Shown here: one piece after another, positions 9,136 to 18,965 of the stretch
Layout: every line of letters starts with the position of its first letter
Numbering within the stretch: position 1 is the first letter of the stretch
From: a virus
Strand: one strand, 5' to 3'
Length of the DNA: 64,000 bases
IMG/VR virus record: IMGVR_UViG_3300022939_000017
Location: 7,416 to 71,415 of that record
Made by a program: the position numbers and the translations under genes
Notes under the pieces: generated by a model
What the model saw: the letters and a program-made list of their open reading frames with translations, nothing else
What the model was told of the DNA's origin: nothing
The model's database searches: none

Positions 9136-10497
9136 TTACCCCATATTTTCCACATATTTCTTGTGTAAAAGTTTCTTTGTTTCTAATTGACCACTTGCCG
9201 CTTCTTTCTGAGCAATTACACCATCAGGTGATGTTCCATCATAAACTTCAATGTATCCTGTATTGGTATTCATTTTACAAGGGAATGTAATTCCATCAGG
9301 CCCAAATCTGTTTTTCATTATGTGAGCTCGAGCAGTATCATTTAGTTTATCTTTTGATTTTCTACTCCAACTCATAATGAAATCAGCATTCATTACTTTT
9401 GCATAAGAATCAGCAATTTTATCAGCCTCAATAACTTCTGAATCAATAGCCGAGCGGTTGGTTTGAGATGCAGTCCATACTGGTATTTCCAATTCTCCAC
9501 TCATTCCTCGAAGGTCGATATATACTCCCCCTTGCTCTGCATAAGTAGAGTCTGACTTATTTGAGTGGGAGAGTAAAAGGTCAGCGTAATCAACTATGAT
9601 AACATCGGGCTTGTTATCTAACGTAACCATTTTCTCAATATGTTGCTGTAACTTCTTTACCGTAACACCTTTTGGTGGGAAATATTTAATTAAGAGTTTC
9701 CCTTTGAGATTGGTGATTTTCGCTTTAACCTCATCTTTTTTATCCTTCAATTCTGCCGAGGGAGTACCAGTAAACACAGTATCATATCGAGCACCTACAT
9801 AGTGTTCTGATAATTCCATTGTGTAATGTACTACACTCAAACCTTGCCGAACGGCTTCTGCACCAATTGCGGTGAGAATCCATGTTTTACCAACACCCGA
9901 AGGTGCTACAACTACTCCCAATTCACCTGGTCCTAATCCACCATCCATTAAATCGTTGATAGGTTGCCATTTTGTTGGAACAGTTGTTCTTTTTAAATCT
10001 TGTACTCTTTCATCATAATCTTCAATATAATCCATACCCAAGTTGTTTTCTTGACCAACCTTCATAGCTCTATCTACTAAATCTTTGATTCTATCATAAG
10101 AACCAGCCTTTAGTAAATCAACTGATTGTAGGATTACTCCTTTAAGATTTTGATTAATACAGAAGTTTGTGAATTCGTTTTTTATATAATCCAAATCTAC
10201 ATTACCAACTTGAGTGAAAACATGACGGAGTTGTTCAACTACCGTTTTCTTTAACACTTCATTATCTACTTTTGATAATTGCGATTTGAATACATCCAAT
10301 GTAGGAGGTTTTCTGTACACTTCATGATATTCAAGTATCTCAGATACAATCCACTTGTTAGCATCGTTCTCAAAGAACTTAGGAGTGGTTATTTCACTAA
10401 TTGTATCAAGAAACTTGGTATCAGTAATAAGTGCAGAAACTACTTTACTTTGAAATGATTGCCCGTATTTCGATAAAGTATCTATTTGTTCTTGCAT
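9136..10497 (-). CDS. dnaB: DnaB-like replicative helicase (T4 gp41-like)
   Basis: Walker A APSGVGKT, TMEL, IIVDYADL, WTASQTNR, KNRFG. Confidence 0.92.
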   Translation of the reverse strand: MQEQIDTLSKYGQSFQSKVVSALITDTKFLDTISEITTPKFFENDANKWIVSEILEYHEVYRKPPTLDVFKSQLSKVDNEVLKKTVVEQLRHVFTQVGNVDLDYIKNEFTNFCINQNLKGVILQSVDLLKAGSYDRIKDLVDRAMKVGQENNLGMDYIEDYDERVQDLKRTTVPTKWQPINDLMDGGLGPGELGVVVAPSGVGKTWILTAIGAEAVRQGLSVVHYTMELSEHYVGARYDTVFTGTPSAELKDKKDEVKAKITNLKGKLLIKYFPPKGVTVKKLQQHIEKMVTLDNKPDVIIVDYADLLLSHSNKSDSTYAEQGGVYIDLRGMSGELEIPVWTASQTNRSAIDSEVIEADKIADSYAKVMNADFIMSWSRKSKDKLNDTARAHIMKNRFGPDGITFPCKMNTNTGYIEVYDGTSPDGVIAQKEAASGQLETKKLLHKKYVENMG

Positions 10498-10517
10498 TGA
10501 CTCTTTTTTAAAACTGA

Positions 10518-10552
10518 TACAAATATACGAAAATTATTTGAGAATACCAAAT
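10518..10552 (-). promoter_or_regulatory. Bacteroidota-type promoter
   Basis: TTTGG...TTCGTATATTTGTA upstream of the helicase. Confidence 0.7.
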
Positions 10553-11607
10553 TAATCTGTAATTAAATTTCCAAATGTTGTTTTTAACCAATCATTGATA
10601 TCCCCAAAGTTTCCGATTACTTTGTATTTTAAGAGGATTTTCATAAAATCCATTTTGTTTAGTGGTTGGATTTCTTCGTTGAATCTATCTAAAGTTTTCA
10701 TTTTGATTTGACCCGATATATCAACATCATCCAATTGCATCAAATCTTTATTTAATAAGATTTGTCTTTTTGATTGAAGAATATCTTTGTAGATTTTTAT
10801 CTTACCTTTTGTTTCTTCTATTTTAGTTTCACATAAATCAAATAAATCATCTACTGATAATTTATCTTCACCTGTTATTTCAGGAAATCTCTTTACCAAT
10901 GTTTTGATTCCACATCCATAAACACCAGGTATATTATCTGATTTATCACCATCTAAAACTCTGTAAAGTAAAAGGTTTTTAGATTCTATTCCATATTCTT
11001 CTTTTACCAAAGATTTATTATACATCTTCTTTTTGGTGGGTGACCAGACGATGGTAGTATCATTAACCAATTGAAGGAAATCCTTATCAGTTGACATTAT
11101 CACCGCCTGCTCATCTTCTTTTAAGATTTGGGTTGTTATATAAGCCATTATATCATCAGCTTCTACTCCATCATAAATCATGGTAGTAAGAGGTAATCCA
11201 TGCAACATTTCATTTAACCAAACGAATTGTCTTTTCATAGATTCCCTCTCATCTTCATCATTCATCAAGTCAGCATAAGCTCTATTAACTCTAAGTTTAT
11301 TCTTATCTCTTTGAGCTTTATAATTACCAAATACCTTTTTTCTTCTTTGGGAGCCACCTTTCCCATCAAATACTACAACAACACGAGTTGGTTGAGTTTG
11401 TCTAATGGCATATCCAATAGATTTGAGAGCACCGGTTACACCACCAACATGGTCGCCATCATCATTCATTGTAGGAATGGATGACCAGCATCTGATAAAT
11501 GTATTTAGACCATCAATAATTAATACACGAGAATTCTTGTGTCTATTGATATTCTGGTCTCGGTCTTTCTCAACCGAATCTAAAATGTTTTTGTAGAGTT
11601 CTTTCAT
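10552..11607 (-). CDS. 5'-3' exonuclease / flap endonuclease (T4 RNase H-like)
   Basis: IIDGLN, VFDG, YKAQR, EADD, STDKDF, GDKSDNIPGV.GCG.KT. Confidence 0.92.
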   Translation of the reverse strand: MKELYKNILDSVEKDRDQNINRHKNSRVLIIDGLNTFIRCWSSIPTMNDDGDHVGGVTGALKSIGYAIRQTQPTRVVVVFDGKGGSQRRKKVFGNYKAQRDKNKLRVNRAYADLMNDEDERESMKRQFVWLNEMLHGLPLTTMIYDGVEADDIMAYITTQILKEDEQAVIMSTDKDFLQLVNDTTIVWSPTKKKMYNKSLVKEEYGIESKNLLLYRVLDGDKSDNIPGVYGCGIKTLVKRFPEITGEDKLSVDDLFDLCETKIEETKGKIKIYKDILQSKRQILLNKDLMQLDDVDISGQIKMKTLDRFNEEIQPLNKMDFMKILLKYKVIGNFGDINDWLKTTFGNLITD

Positions 11608-11834
11608 GTAAGAAGTTCTTTGTTATCTGATGTACTCTCATACACATTAAGTGCTTCTAATCTATCTAAAGAATCAGCAAGTAAAGCAAGTGCTTCCTCG
11701 GCATTCTTGTAGAAATCTTCAGTAGAGTGGTCACCAATACCAACTGCCTTCTTGTCTAATAAATCAAGAGATAAAAGTGCCTTGGCTTTATCAGCCTCAG
11801 CACTTTTTCTCAACATTGTAACTAATTTACTCAT
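11604..11834 (-). CDS. Hypothetical helical protein
   Basis: 76 aa with a VGIGDHS motif; translationally coupled to neighbours. Confidence 0.7.
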   Translation of the reverse strand: MSKLVTMLRKSAEADKAKALLSLDLLDKKAVGIGDHSTEDFYKNAEEALALLADSLDRLEALNVYESTSDNKELLT

Positions 11835-11843
11835 ATTGAACTT

Positions 11844-12965
11844 TTAATCATTTTCACCAGCACCTTCGGTATCAACTTCCATTGCATCAATATCAAGTGT
11901 ATCTGATTTATATTGTAAGATTGTTTCTTCACATATCTTTTTATAGATTTGTTCCTTAACATCTTCTCTTTCATCCATCAAAGGAATAAAATCCTTAGAT
12001 TGGAATTTCAGTTCTTCACCTGTTTGTGTATCAATGTAAGTGTACCAAGCACCAGCCTGTTTAACTAATTTGTTTTCTTTCATGACTCCTAACCATGAAC
12101 CATAATTATCGATTCCTCTATCAAAGTAAATTTCAAAATCTGCCGCTCTTAGAGGTGGCCCCATTCTGTTTTTAATTACTTGACAACGAACCTTCATTCC
12201 AACAACCTTATCTTGGCCGTTTACCTTTTGTTTGATTTGTCCCATATTCTTCAATCTCAATCTTACAGAGGCATGGAAAGCAAGAGCTTTACCACCTGAA
12301 GTTGTCCATGGGTCACCAAACATTGCATTCATCTTTTGTCTTAACTGATTTGTAAATATCAAAGAGATTTTCTGTCTACCAATCATATTGGTAATCTTTC
12401 TCATCGCCTTTGATATGATAATCGCTTTATCAGTAGCATATCCATCTTTACCATAATCGGCAGCCAATTCATTTTTGGTTGATGCTGCGGCAACAGAATC
12501 TACTACGATAGTAACTAATTTATCTTTTTCAGTTTCTCTAACTTTTTCAATGATTGTTTCAGTAAAATCAAAGATTTGTTCAACCGAATCTGCTGATACA
12601 TAAAGAAGTTTAGATACATCCACACCGATAGCTTCTAAAAATTCTCTACTTACTGCAGTTTCTGTGTCAATCAATACCGCAACTCCACCTTGTTTCTGTG
12701 TTTCAGCTAAAAGGTGTGCTGATAGTAGTGATTTACCACTTTGTTCCAAACCAGTAACTTCTGTGATTCTACCAACAGGCAAACCACCATAAGGGCGATT
12801 GGAAATGGCAACATCTAACATAGCACATCCAGTCGATATCCACCCATCTACATTTGTAGGTGCAGTATCATCATCTAAGAAAAATGCTACCTTAGAATCT
12901 TTTGATTGTTTGTTTAGCTCACCCGCAAGGATGTCCGCTAAATCCATTTCTTTTTTCTTCGCCAT
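11844..12965 (-). CDS. recA: RecA/UvsX recombinase
   Basis: GLEQSGKS, IDTE, VVDSVAA, FTNQLR, TTSGGKALAFHAS, KNR. Confidence 0.93.
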   Translation of the reverse strand: MAKKKEMDLADILAGELNKQSKDSKVAFFLDDDTAPTNVDGWISTGCAMLDVAISNRPYGGLPVGRITEVTGLEQSGKSLLSAHLLAETQKQGGVAVLIDTETAVSREFLEAIGVDVSKLLYVSADSVEQIFDFTETIIEKVRETEKDKLVTIVVDSVAAASTKNELAADYGKDGYATDKAIIISKAMRKITNMIGRQKISLIFTNQLRQKMNAMFGDPWTTSGGKALAFHASVRLRLKNMGQIKQKVNGQDKVVGMKVRCQVIKNRMGPPLRAADFEIYFDRGIDNYGSWLGVMKENKLVKQAGAWYTYIDTQTGEELKFQSKDFIPLMDEREDVKEQIYKKICEETILQYKSDTLDIDAMEVDTEGAGEND

Positions 12966-12976
12966 TTAGTTTGGAA

Positions 12977-13789
12977 TTAATTGTTAAACAAATCATCAAA
13001 TGCTGCTGCTACATCATCAGTTTTCTTTGAATCTGAAGTTGTAGTTTCTACTGAACCACCCATATCATATGAGGGAGTAGTTTTAGTTGAAAGTGTTTCT
13101 TGAGATGCTGATGTTTCATCAGATTCATTCTCACCACTTGGATTCAACCAACCTTCTAATACTGATTTTAATTCATCATAAGATAATTCAGAATATAAAT
13201 CTGTAATTTCAGTTTGTGATTCAATAAATGCAGTTGCTCTTTCAGCATCTTCACTTACTGGTGATGTTGATGGTTTAACTCTAATAGTTGTAGTTGGATA
13301 AGTAGTACCAGCTTCTTCTGCTGATTTGTATTCGATTGTTAAATCTCTACCAGCAGTTGGGTCAGTAATATCACCATAATCAGGGTCAGCAATGTAACCA
13401 AGAATTTCTTGATATACTGTTTTACCGAATCCCCAAAATCTAACTCCTTCACCTTCTTCACCTCTTACAACAACAGGTACGAAAGTTCTTAACTTAGGCT
13501 CCATAGCCTTCGCCGCTTTCCAATCATCTTTATCACCCATTCTTTTTAATTTATCTGCAAACTCTACAATAGGGTCTGGTCTACCAAAAGATTGTGGTGA
13601 AAGATAAGTTTTGTTGTTAATGTTGTAGTGAAAGTAAAGTTCAATGAACGGATTATCTTTGTTGAACTTATAGGGAACGATTCTTACTTGATGTTTCCCT
13701 GGTGTTGGTTTCCACAAAGCATCTGTTTTTCTTTGTGTGTTTTGTAGTTTGTTCAGTCTACTTCTGATTGCATTAATGTCTAAAGCCAT
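12977..13789 (-). CDS. Single-stranded DNA-binding protein (gp32-like)
   Basis: WKP...VRIVP, FWGFGKTVY, DPTAGRD and an acidic tail ending FDDLFNN; next to recA. Confidence 0.85.
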   Translation of the reverse strand: MALDINAIRSRLNKLQNTQRKTDALWKPTPGKHQVRIVPYKFNKDNPFIELYFHYNINNKTYLSPQSFGRPDPIVEFADKLKRMGDKDDWKAAKAMEPKLRTFVPVVVRGEEGEGVRFWGFGKTVYQEILGYIADPDYGDITDPTAGRDLTIEYKSAEEAGTTYPTTTIRVKPSTSPVSEDAERATAFIESQTEITDLYSELSYDELKSVLEGWLNPSGENESDETSASQETLSTKTTPSYDMGGSVETTTSDSKKTDDVAAAFDDLFNN

Positions 13790-13844
13790 AATTACTCCTT
13801 TTAAATGTTATTAATTAAATTTTATCGGTGTGTGTTTTACTATA

Positions 13845-13892
13845 TATAAATATACGAAAATCGAAAAAACCACCGAAAAATTCCTTCGAAAA
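13845..13892 (-). promoter_or_regulatory. Composite promoter upstream of ssb with four TTTTCG repeats
   Basis: TTCGTATATTTATA merges the early TTCGTATATTT and late TATTTATA motifs; CGAAAA at 13855, 13862, 13874 and 13887. Confidence 0.55.
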
Positions 13893-13902
13893 TCGTATTA
13901 TT

Positions 13903-14346
13903 TTATTTTGCCCATTTACCATTTGAAACCAATTGTGCAATGATACCATAAACTGATAAATCTTGGAAAGTATCTTCACATGATTCACCAATATTATCTT
14001 GTTTACCAAGTACAACTAATTGTTTTAATCTTTGAATTTTATCATTCATTCTAAACCAAAGACCTGTAAGTGAAACTTTTACTTCATCATCTGTTTCTAA
14101 CTTCGAACCAACAGAAATGTTGTCAGGGCCATAGTTAGATTGTTTCAAACAAAATAGCTCATATTGCGTGAACATTATTCGTTTAAATTCAGCAGTCATT
14201 TCTGGCCACTCCTTTTCCATCTGTGCCACCACTTGGGGATTATCATATTTAATAACCTCGTCATATTGTTCTTCTTGAGGGGGAGCTTCTACAATCTGTG
14301 GTTTGAAATTATGTTGTCTTTTACTTGTAGTAGTTTTCTTTGCCAT
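13903..14346 (-). CDS. DUF1599 / nucleotide-modification-associated domain 1 protein
   Basis: KQSNYG, RMNDKIQRL, EDTFQDLSVYGII. Confidence 0.75.
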   Translation of the reverse strand: MAKKTTTSKRQHNFKPQIVEAPPQEEQYDEVIKYDNPQVVAQMEKEWPEMTAEFKRIMFTQYELFCLKQSNYGPDNISVGSKLETDDEVKVSLTGLWFRMNDKIQRLKQLVVLGKQDNIGESCEDTFQDLSVYGIIAQLVSNGKWAK

Positions 14347-14365
14347 AACTTTTAATTATATTTTA

Positions 14366-14400
14366 TACAAATATACGAAATTATTTTTAAACTTCCAAAC
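14366..14400 (-). promoter_or_regulatory. Bacteroidota-type promoter
   Basis: TTTGG...TTCGTATATTTGTA. Confidence 0.7.
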
Positions 14401-14416
14401 AATTTCGTATTTTTTT

Positions 14417-14599
14417 TTAATCTTGATACCAAAATTCTTCTCTGGCTATCACTTCCAATCGTTTCCACTCATCTTTGAGTTCTTGTAAACTCCAAGATTG
14501 ATAATCTATACCACGAGGTCTTATACCATATGCCTCTTTGTACAAATCACTCATACATTGTAGAAATTCTTTTTTACTCCATGTTTCAATAACACTCAT
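14417..14599 (-). CDS. Small early hypothetical protein
   Basis: SDLYKEAYGIRPRG motif typical of small phage proteins. Confidence 0.7.
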   Translation of the reverse strand: MSVIETWSKKEFLQCMSDLYKEAYGIRPRGIDYQSWSLQELKDEWKRLEVIAREEFWYQD

Positions 14600-14610
14600 A
14601 GTTTTAAATT

Positions 14611-14811
14611 TTAGTAAAACAAACTCATTGCATTTTTCAAACCTTGTTCTGTTGCTAAATGAACAGAATCCACTCGTGGGTTTAAGGTTGGATAATCTTT
14701 GTATTGTTGAACGGCTAGTTTTTTAGCTCCTCGTAGAGTTTTCGCCCATACGGTATTCCAACCCCCCTCTTCGAAGGTGAACATATACTGTTTTAGTTGT
14801 ATTGATTTCAT
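14611..14811 (-). CDS. Small hypothetical protein
   Basis: 66-aa ORF packed in the early cluster. Confidence 0.65.
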   Translation of the reverse strand: MKSIQLKQYMFTFEEGGWNTVWAKTLRGAKKLAVQQYKDYPTLNPRVDSVHLATEQGLKNAMSLFY

Positions 14812-14821
14812 ATTTTAAGTT

Positions 14822-15208
14822 TTAAATAAATAATTTATAATCTTTTTCGTAACTTATTGCTTCTAATTCATATGGATGGTCATTGTAGTTATAACCCATA
14901 TTGTAATATCGTTTGAACCAACTTGGTGATTGTAAGTAGTGAATGTATTCGTGGATAAGAGTTTGAATCACCATCTTTCTACTTTTCATCTGTGGCCAGT
15001 AGATTGTAATTTCATTCATCATCGAACAGTACTCAGCGTGACATTTATCTTCTTCACCTTCAGCACCTTCTTCACCACTATACTTTTCGTAAATGTTTTT
15101 GTGAAGTTCTACATAAGGAGTACATTCTTGGAATTTTGAGAACCCATAATACTTTTCAATCTTTGGGTAAACTTCATTAACAATATTTTTTATGGTTTCA
15201 AGTTTCAT
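14822..15208 (-). CDS. Zincin-like metallopeptidase
   Basis: TLIHEYIHYLQ (HExxH) and a downstream PYELEA. Confidence 0.75.
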   Translation of the reverse strand: MKLETIKNIVNEVYPKIEKYYGFSKFQECTPYVELHKNIYEKYSGEEGAEGEEDKCHAEYCSMMNEITIYWPQMKSRKMVIQTLIHEYIHYLQSPSWFKRYYNMGYNYNDHPYELEAISYEKDYKLFI

Positions 15209-15450
15209 TATAATAATATTTCAAAATTTACATCGTTATTAATATCAACTCTTCTAAAATCAGGTATCATCTTACCATCATGTGTTTTCCATGTATCATT
15301 CATAGAGTTTAATCCAATAAATCTACCTGTTTTTGCTAACATAGTGATTTCCCAATCTGAACCATGTTGTTTGATTCTGTTTTTTGCATGGTTGGTTTTA
15401 GGTTTAAGAGTAATCACTTGTCCAACTTTAAAATCATCTATTTTTTTCAT
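15208..15450 (-). CDS. Small hypothetical protein
   Basis: 80-aa ORF directly after the repeated early promoter. Confidence 0.65.
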   Translation of the reverse strand: MKKIDDFKVGQVITLKPKTNHAKNRIKQHGSDWEITMLAKTGRFIGLNSMNDTWKTHDGKMIPDFRRVDINNDVNFEILL

Positions 15451-15457
15451 ATCTTAT

Positions 15458-15524
15458 CAATCATTTACATAGTAAATATACGAAAAAAATATGAAATATC
15501 CAAGCAAAAAGTGAATTATTTTTG
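15458..15524 (-). promoter_or_regulatory. Repeated early-promoter element, copy 1
   Basis: CAAAAATAATTCACTTTTTGCTTGG...TTTCGTATATTTACTATGTAAATGA, nearly the same as 28251-28317. Confidence 0.75.
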
Positions 15525-15917
15525 ATTAAATTCTATTACCTCGAAGATTCTTGTAGAAATTTTCTTTGTTCCTTCTACATTGGTAACAATGATTGAGTTT
15601 TTGAATTTATCCCAATCGATAGAAAATGATTTATCTAACACACCACCATTTTCTTCTTTAACTAATTCGTTAAGTGCATTGATTGTATAAAGAGTATTGG
15701 ATTGTTTTTTTCTATGCACTAATATAGTATCACTCAGAGGTTTCTCCGGTCTGTATTGTGTATCTATGTTGTATGTAACAAAAAGTTCATCCAAATTCCC
15801 CTTATTTTGCAGAACATAAATGTAGTTATAAACTATATGATATGTTTCTCTAATAAGTTGTAGGGTATTTTGAAGTTCCTCTTTAGTTGTAAAAGTACAG
15901 AGTAACTGTGTTTGCAT
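15516..15917 (-). CDS. Hypothetical protein
   Basis: 133 aa (LLCTF...VHRKKQSNTLYTINALN) with RBS and late-type motif upstream. Confidence 0.75.
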   Translation of the reverse strand: MQTQLLCTFTTKEELQNTLQLIRETYHIVYNYIYVLQNKGNLDELFVTYNIDTQYRPEKPLSDTILVHRKKQSNTLYTINALNELVKEENGGVLDKSFSIDWDKFKNSIIVTNVEGTKKISTRIFEVIEFNQK

Positions 15918-16030
15918 ATTAATCCTATCTCACTATTATTTATACTACTATAAATATAAAATTATCAAACCAAAGGATTAAATAATATACTTAATCGTAT
16001 TTACCTTGAAATATAGGTGTTTATTGGTTG

Positions 16031-18205
16031 TTAGATGATTTCACCATTAGTACTATCAGGATGAGTAACACCAACTAACAAACCACCATTTCTTGAAGTT
16101 TCGTGTTCTCTATAAGTTGTAAAATCAAGTTTTTTACAATCATTTGGAAATTCTTTTGTTGCCATATCAACTGTTCCATCTTTATCAATTCTCTCTGAAT
16201 GTGATGTAATACCTTGAATACCTCCACTTGTATTTGATGCCGCAGAGTAATTTATATATTGTAGTAATTTACCAGGACTTTTACTAACTAATGATTTTGC
16301 GTTTTTTTCACCACACTTTTCAATTAGTTTATCCATATCAAGAAGTTTTTGAATTTTTTCAACTAATTCTTTTTTCTTATTCTTTAATTTATCTTCTGAT
16401 TCTTTACTCATTGCACCTTTACCATAATAATCTTCATTATCTTGAAGGTCTTTCATAAATTGTTTATACTCTCTAAGTAATTTATAGTATTCTTTTTTAT
16501 CTTTGATGATTTCATCCATACCACTCTCAGATAAAAGTGCATCCATTTCAAGGTCAGAATCAACAACTTCATCTTTTAATCCAATGGCATATCCTTTTTC
16601 TCCTGGTCTGCTACTTGAATTTTCTCTATATTTTTTATTTTTATGATATCTCAACATTTGTTGATTTTCTGTTGGGAATCCCATTACCTTTACACTACCA
16701 TCCTCACCAACTTTTACACTTACACCAGTAACTCGTTCTCCATTTACTTTATCTTGTGTTTTCACTAATTTATCAGATGCAGGATAAGAACCATGAGCAG
16801 GAAGGTAAACTTCCTCACCTCTAGCAAGTTCATAACTATAAATAAAAATTTCTGCTTGATTTTTTATCATAGATTTTGCCATCTTTGGATTCACTGCAAT
16901 AATTCTTTGAGTATATTTACCCCATGCGTTTTGAAGTTCTTTTGCAGCTTCTTCATTAGGTAAGTTACCTTTATATTTTTCTAATATAGCCTTTTGTTCA
17001 TTTTGATAATCAACTAAAGCATCACCAATTTCAGGACTTATCTTCATTGTTTTTTCAAGTTCTCTTGCTCTTTCAATTGCCTCATCAAGTGAACCAGCAA
17101 GAGCCTGTTCTAAATACTTTTCAGTATGTTTATTACTTGGAACTAAAAGTTTACCGTTCTCATCAGTTGGACCATAAAGTTGAAGGAAGGCCTTTTCCAT
17201 ACCATCAAACGAAACATTATTTTCTGGTTTCATGATATCTCTAACACCTTCATCATCTTCTGCTTTTATTCCTTTACCAAATTGTGATGCCTTTGGTTTA
17301 GTTGCCTCACCCATAGGTTTTGATGGGTCAGTTAAATCTTTTTTAGAAGCAGTTGGTACACTTTCACTTGCGTATTGATTAATTAAATCAACGATTCTTC
17401 TGTTTTTTGCACTACCTGCACCATTAGCAGAAGTTCCATTAAAAATATGTCTATGTGCATTAGCAACTACACCAGGATATATTTTAGGCTTAGGTGCATC
17501 ATTTGTTCTTAATTGATATTTTTCAATTAATTTATCAGCCTTTTCTTGTGTAGGATTTTTTTCGAAATCATCATAATCTCGTTGGAAATTTTTAACTATT
17601 TTTAAATCTTCGGTTGAAAGATAGTTTTCTAAACTTTTGTTTAATTTAATAGCAGTGTTTGAATAATCAAATTTACCATCATCTTCTTCATACTCAGGTT
17701 CACTATCATCACTACTCTTTGTTGATGCAGGGTCTCCTTTTGGTAAATTGGCTTTATAAGAATCACCACCTTTTCCTTTTAATGCAGTTGCTTGTGGTGG
17801 TTCTTCTTGAGTGGCCCCATCACCACCTTGTTGGTTTTGTGGTGAATCTTTAGCGGCTTCTTCTCCTTCTTCACCTTGTTTTGATTTTTCGGTTTCGTAT
17901 TCTTTATCTGATACAGGTTTTATATTACCACCATCATCCTTTTTATATTTCTGAGCACCATCTTTTTCTTCATCACCCTTCTTAACATAAAATCCTTTAC
18001 CAATATGAGAATAATCTCTATCTTCACCTTCGGTATCATCATCTTCGTTCAAATGATTAAAGATAACTTCTTTAATATCATACTCACCCCACTCTGAAAG
18101 AATTTCAGACATAATAGATTGGTGTTCCTTATTATGTACATTAGGAATACCTACTCTATATGAGAGTTCTCTTACTAACTTATCTATGATTTGTTTATAA
18201 TCCAT
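16031..18205 (-). CDS. Large hypothetical protein, possibly a head-internal protein with a PD-(D/E)xK-like C-terminal domain
   Basis: N-terminal L-x-E motifs (ILSE, HLNE), acidic linker, then EVYLP...PASD...VSVK. Confidence 0.55.
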   Translation of the reverse strand: MDYKQIIDKLVRELSYRVGIPNVHNKEHQSIMSEILSEWGEYDIKEVIFNHLNEDDDTEGEDRDYSHIGKGFYVKKGDEEKDGAQKYKKDDGGNIKPVSDKEYETEKSKQGEEGEEAAKDSPQNQQGGDGATQEEPPQATALKGKGGDSYKANLPKGDPASTKSSDDSEPEYEEDDGKFDYSNTAIKLNKSLENYLSTEDLKIVKNFQRDYDDFEKNPTQEKADKLIEKYQLRTNDAPKPKIYPGVVANAHRHIFNGTSANGAGSAKNRRIVDLINQYASESVPTASKKDLTDPSKPMGEATKPKASQFGKGIKAEDDEGVRDIMKPENNVSFDGMEKAFLQLYGPTDENGKLLVPSNKHTEKYLEQALAGSLDEAIERARELEKTMKISPEIGDALVDYQNEQKAILEKYKGNLPNEEAAKELQNAWGKYTQRIIAVNPKMAKSMIKNQAEIFIYSYELARGEEVYLPAHGSYPASDKLVKTQDKVNGERVTGVSVKVGEDGSVKVMGFPTENQQMLRYHKNKKYRENSSSRPGEKGYAIGLKDEVVDSDLEMDALLSESGMDEIIKDKKEYYKLLREYKQFMKDLQDNEDYYGKGAMSKESEDKLKNKKKELVEKIQKLLDMDKLIEKCGEKNAKSLVSKSPGKLLQYINYSAASNTSGGIQGITSHSERIDKDGTVDMATKEFPNDCKKLDFTTYREHETSRNGGLLVGVTHPDSTNGEII

Positions 18206-18226
18206 ACTATACTATAAATATATCTC

Positions 18227-18748
18227 TTATGCTTTTGTCTGAATTCTTATCCAATTCGAACCATCAGACCAAACCATAATTCCTTCATATGATTTATCTA
18301 ATGTATATCCACCAGTACCACCATCGAGTGTTTGAGATAAAGAAGTATCTGGTAAAAGTTTTGCTTTTGTATTTGAACTAAAACTACCACCCATTGTAAA
18401 ACGAATTGCTCTGTATTGATTGGTATCTGTTGTTGCATCTGGTAAGATGATATGTGCCTCACCATTACCACCACTCCAAGAAACTTTTATCATTGAAGTG
18501 TTCTCATAAGTTGAACCTGTTGTATAATATTCAGGGTAAGGTGAAGATGAAGAACCACTTATTGTTAAGAATTCTGGTACGAGATAAGTATTACCACTTA
18601 AAGTAGTAGATGAACCTGGTAAGTTTTCTTTGAGATTATCAAGTGTTACCTTTTTAGTTTCACCTGCAGATACATCAACTACTGCAAATAAATCATTATC
18701 TGCAATCGTTGTTAATTCATTTAATTGTGTTATCCTCTTATCTGCCAT
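18227..18748 (-). CDS. Putative virion structural protein
   Basis: Fibre-type N-terminus MADKRITQLNEL...FAVVD; S/T/G-rich. Confidence 0.6.
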   Translation of the reverse strand: MADKRITQLNELTTIADNDLFAVVDVSAGETKKVTLDNLKENLPGSSTTLSGNTYLVPEFLTISGSSSSPYPEYYTTGSTYENTSMIKVSWSGGNGEAHIILPDATTDTNQYRAIRFTMGGSFSSNTKAKLLPDTSLSQTLDGGTGGYTLDKSYEGIMVWSDGSNWIRIQTKA

Positions 18749-18951
18749 ATAAGTTTATCTCCATTTTCTTGTAGTAAGAATTCATCATTTTCTTGTAAAA
18801 TGAAATAAGTATCACCACTCCCTTGTAACCAAAGACATTTCCAATAATCTTCGTAATGTTGGCAATATAAGTTGTAATCACAAGTGATTTCGTTCAAGGG
18901 TTTTTTATCCTTGTACATACGATACCACTCTTGCCAACTTATCTCTTTCAT
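18730..18951 (-). CDS. Small putative virion protein
   Basis: Tandem ILQEND/LLQENG motif; late-type motif upstream. Confidence 0.55.
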   Translation of the reverse strand: MKEISWQEWYRMYKDKKPLNEITCDYNLYCQHYEDYWKCLWLQGSGDTYFILQENDEFLLQENGDKLIWQIRG

Positions 18952-18965
18952 CTATACTATAAATA

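Noticed and set aside
13815-14015. 66-aa minus ORF
   Set aside because: It overlaps the DUF1599 gene and the ssb promoter region and is likely spurious.
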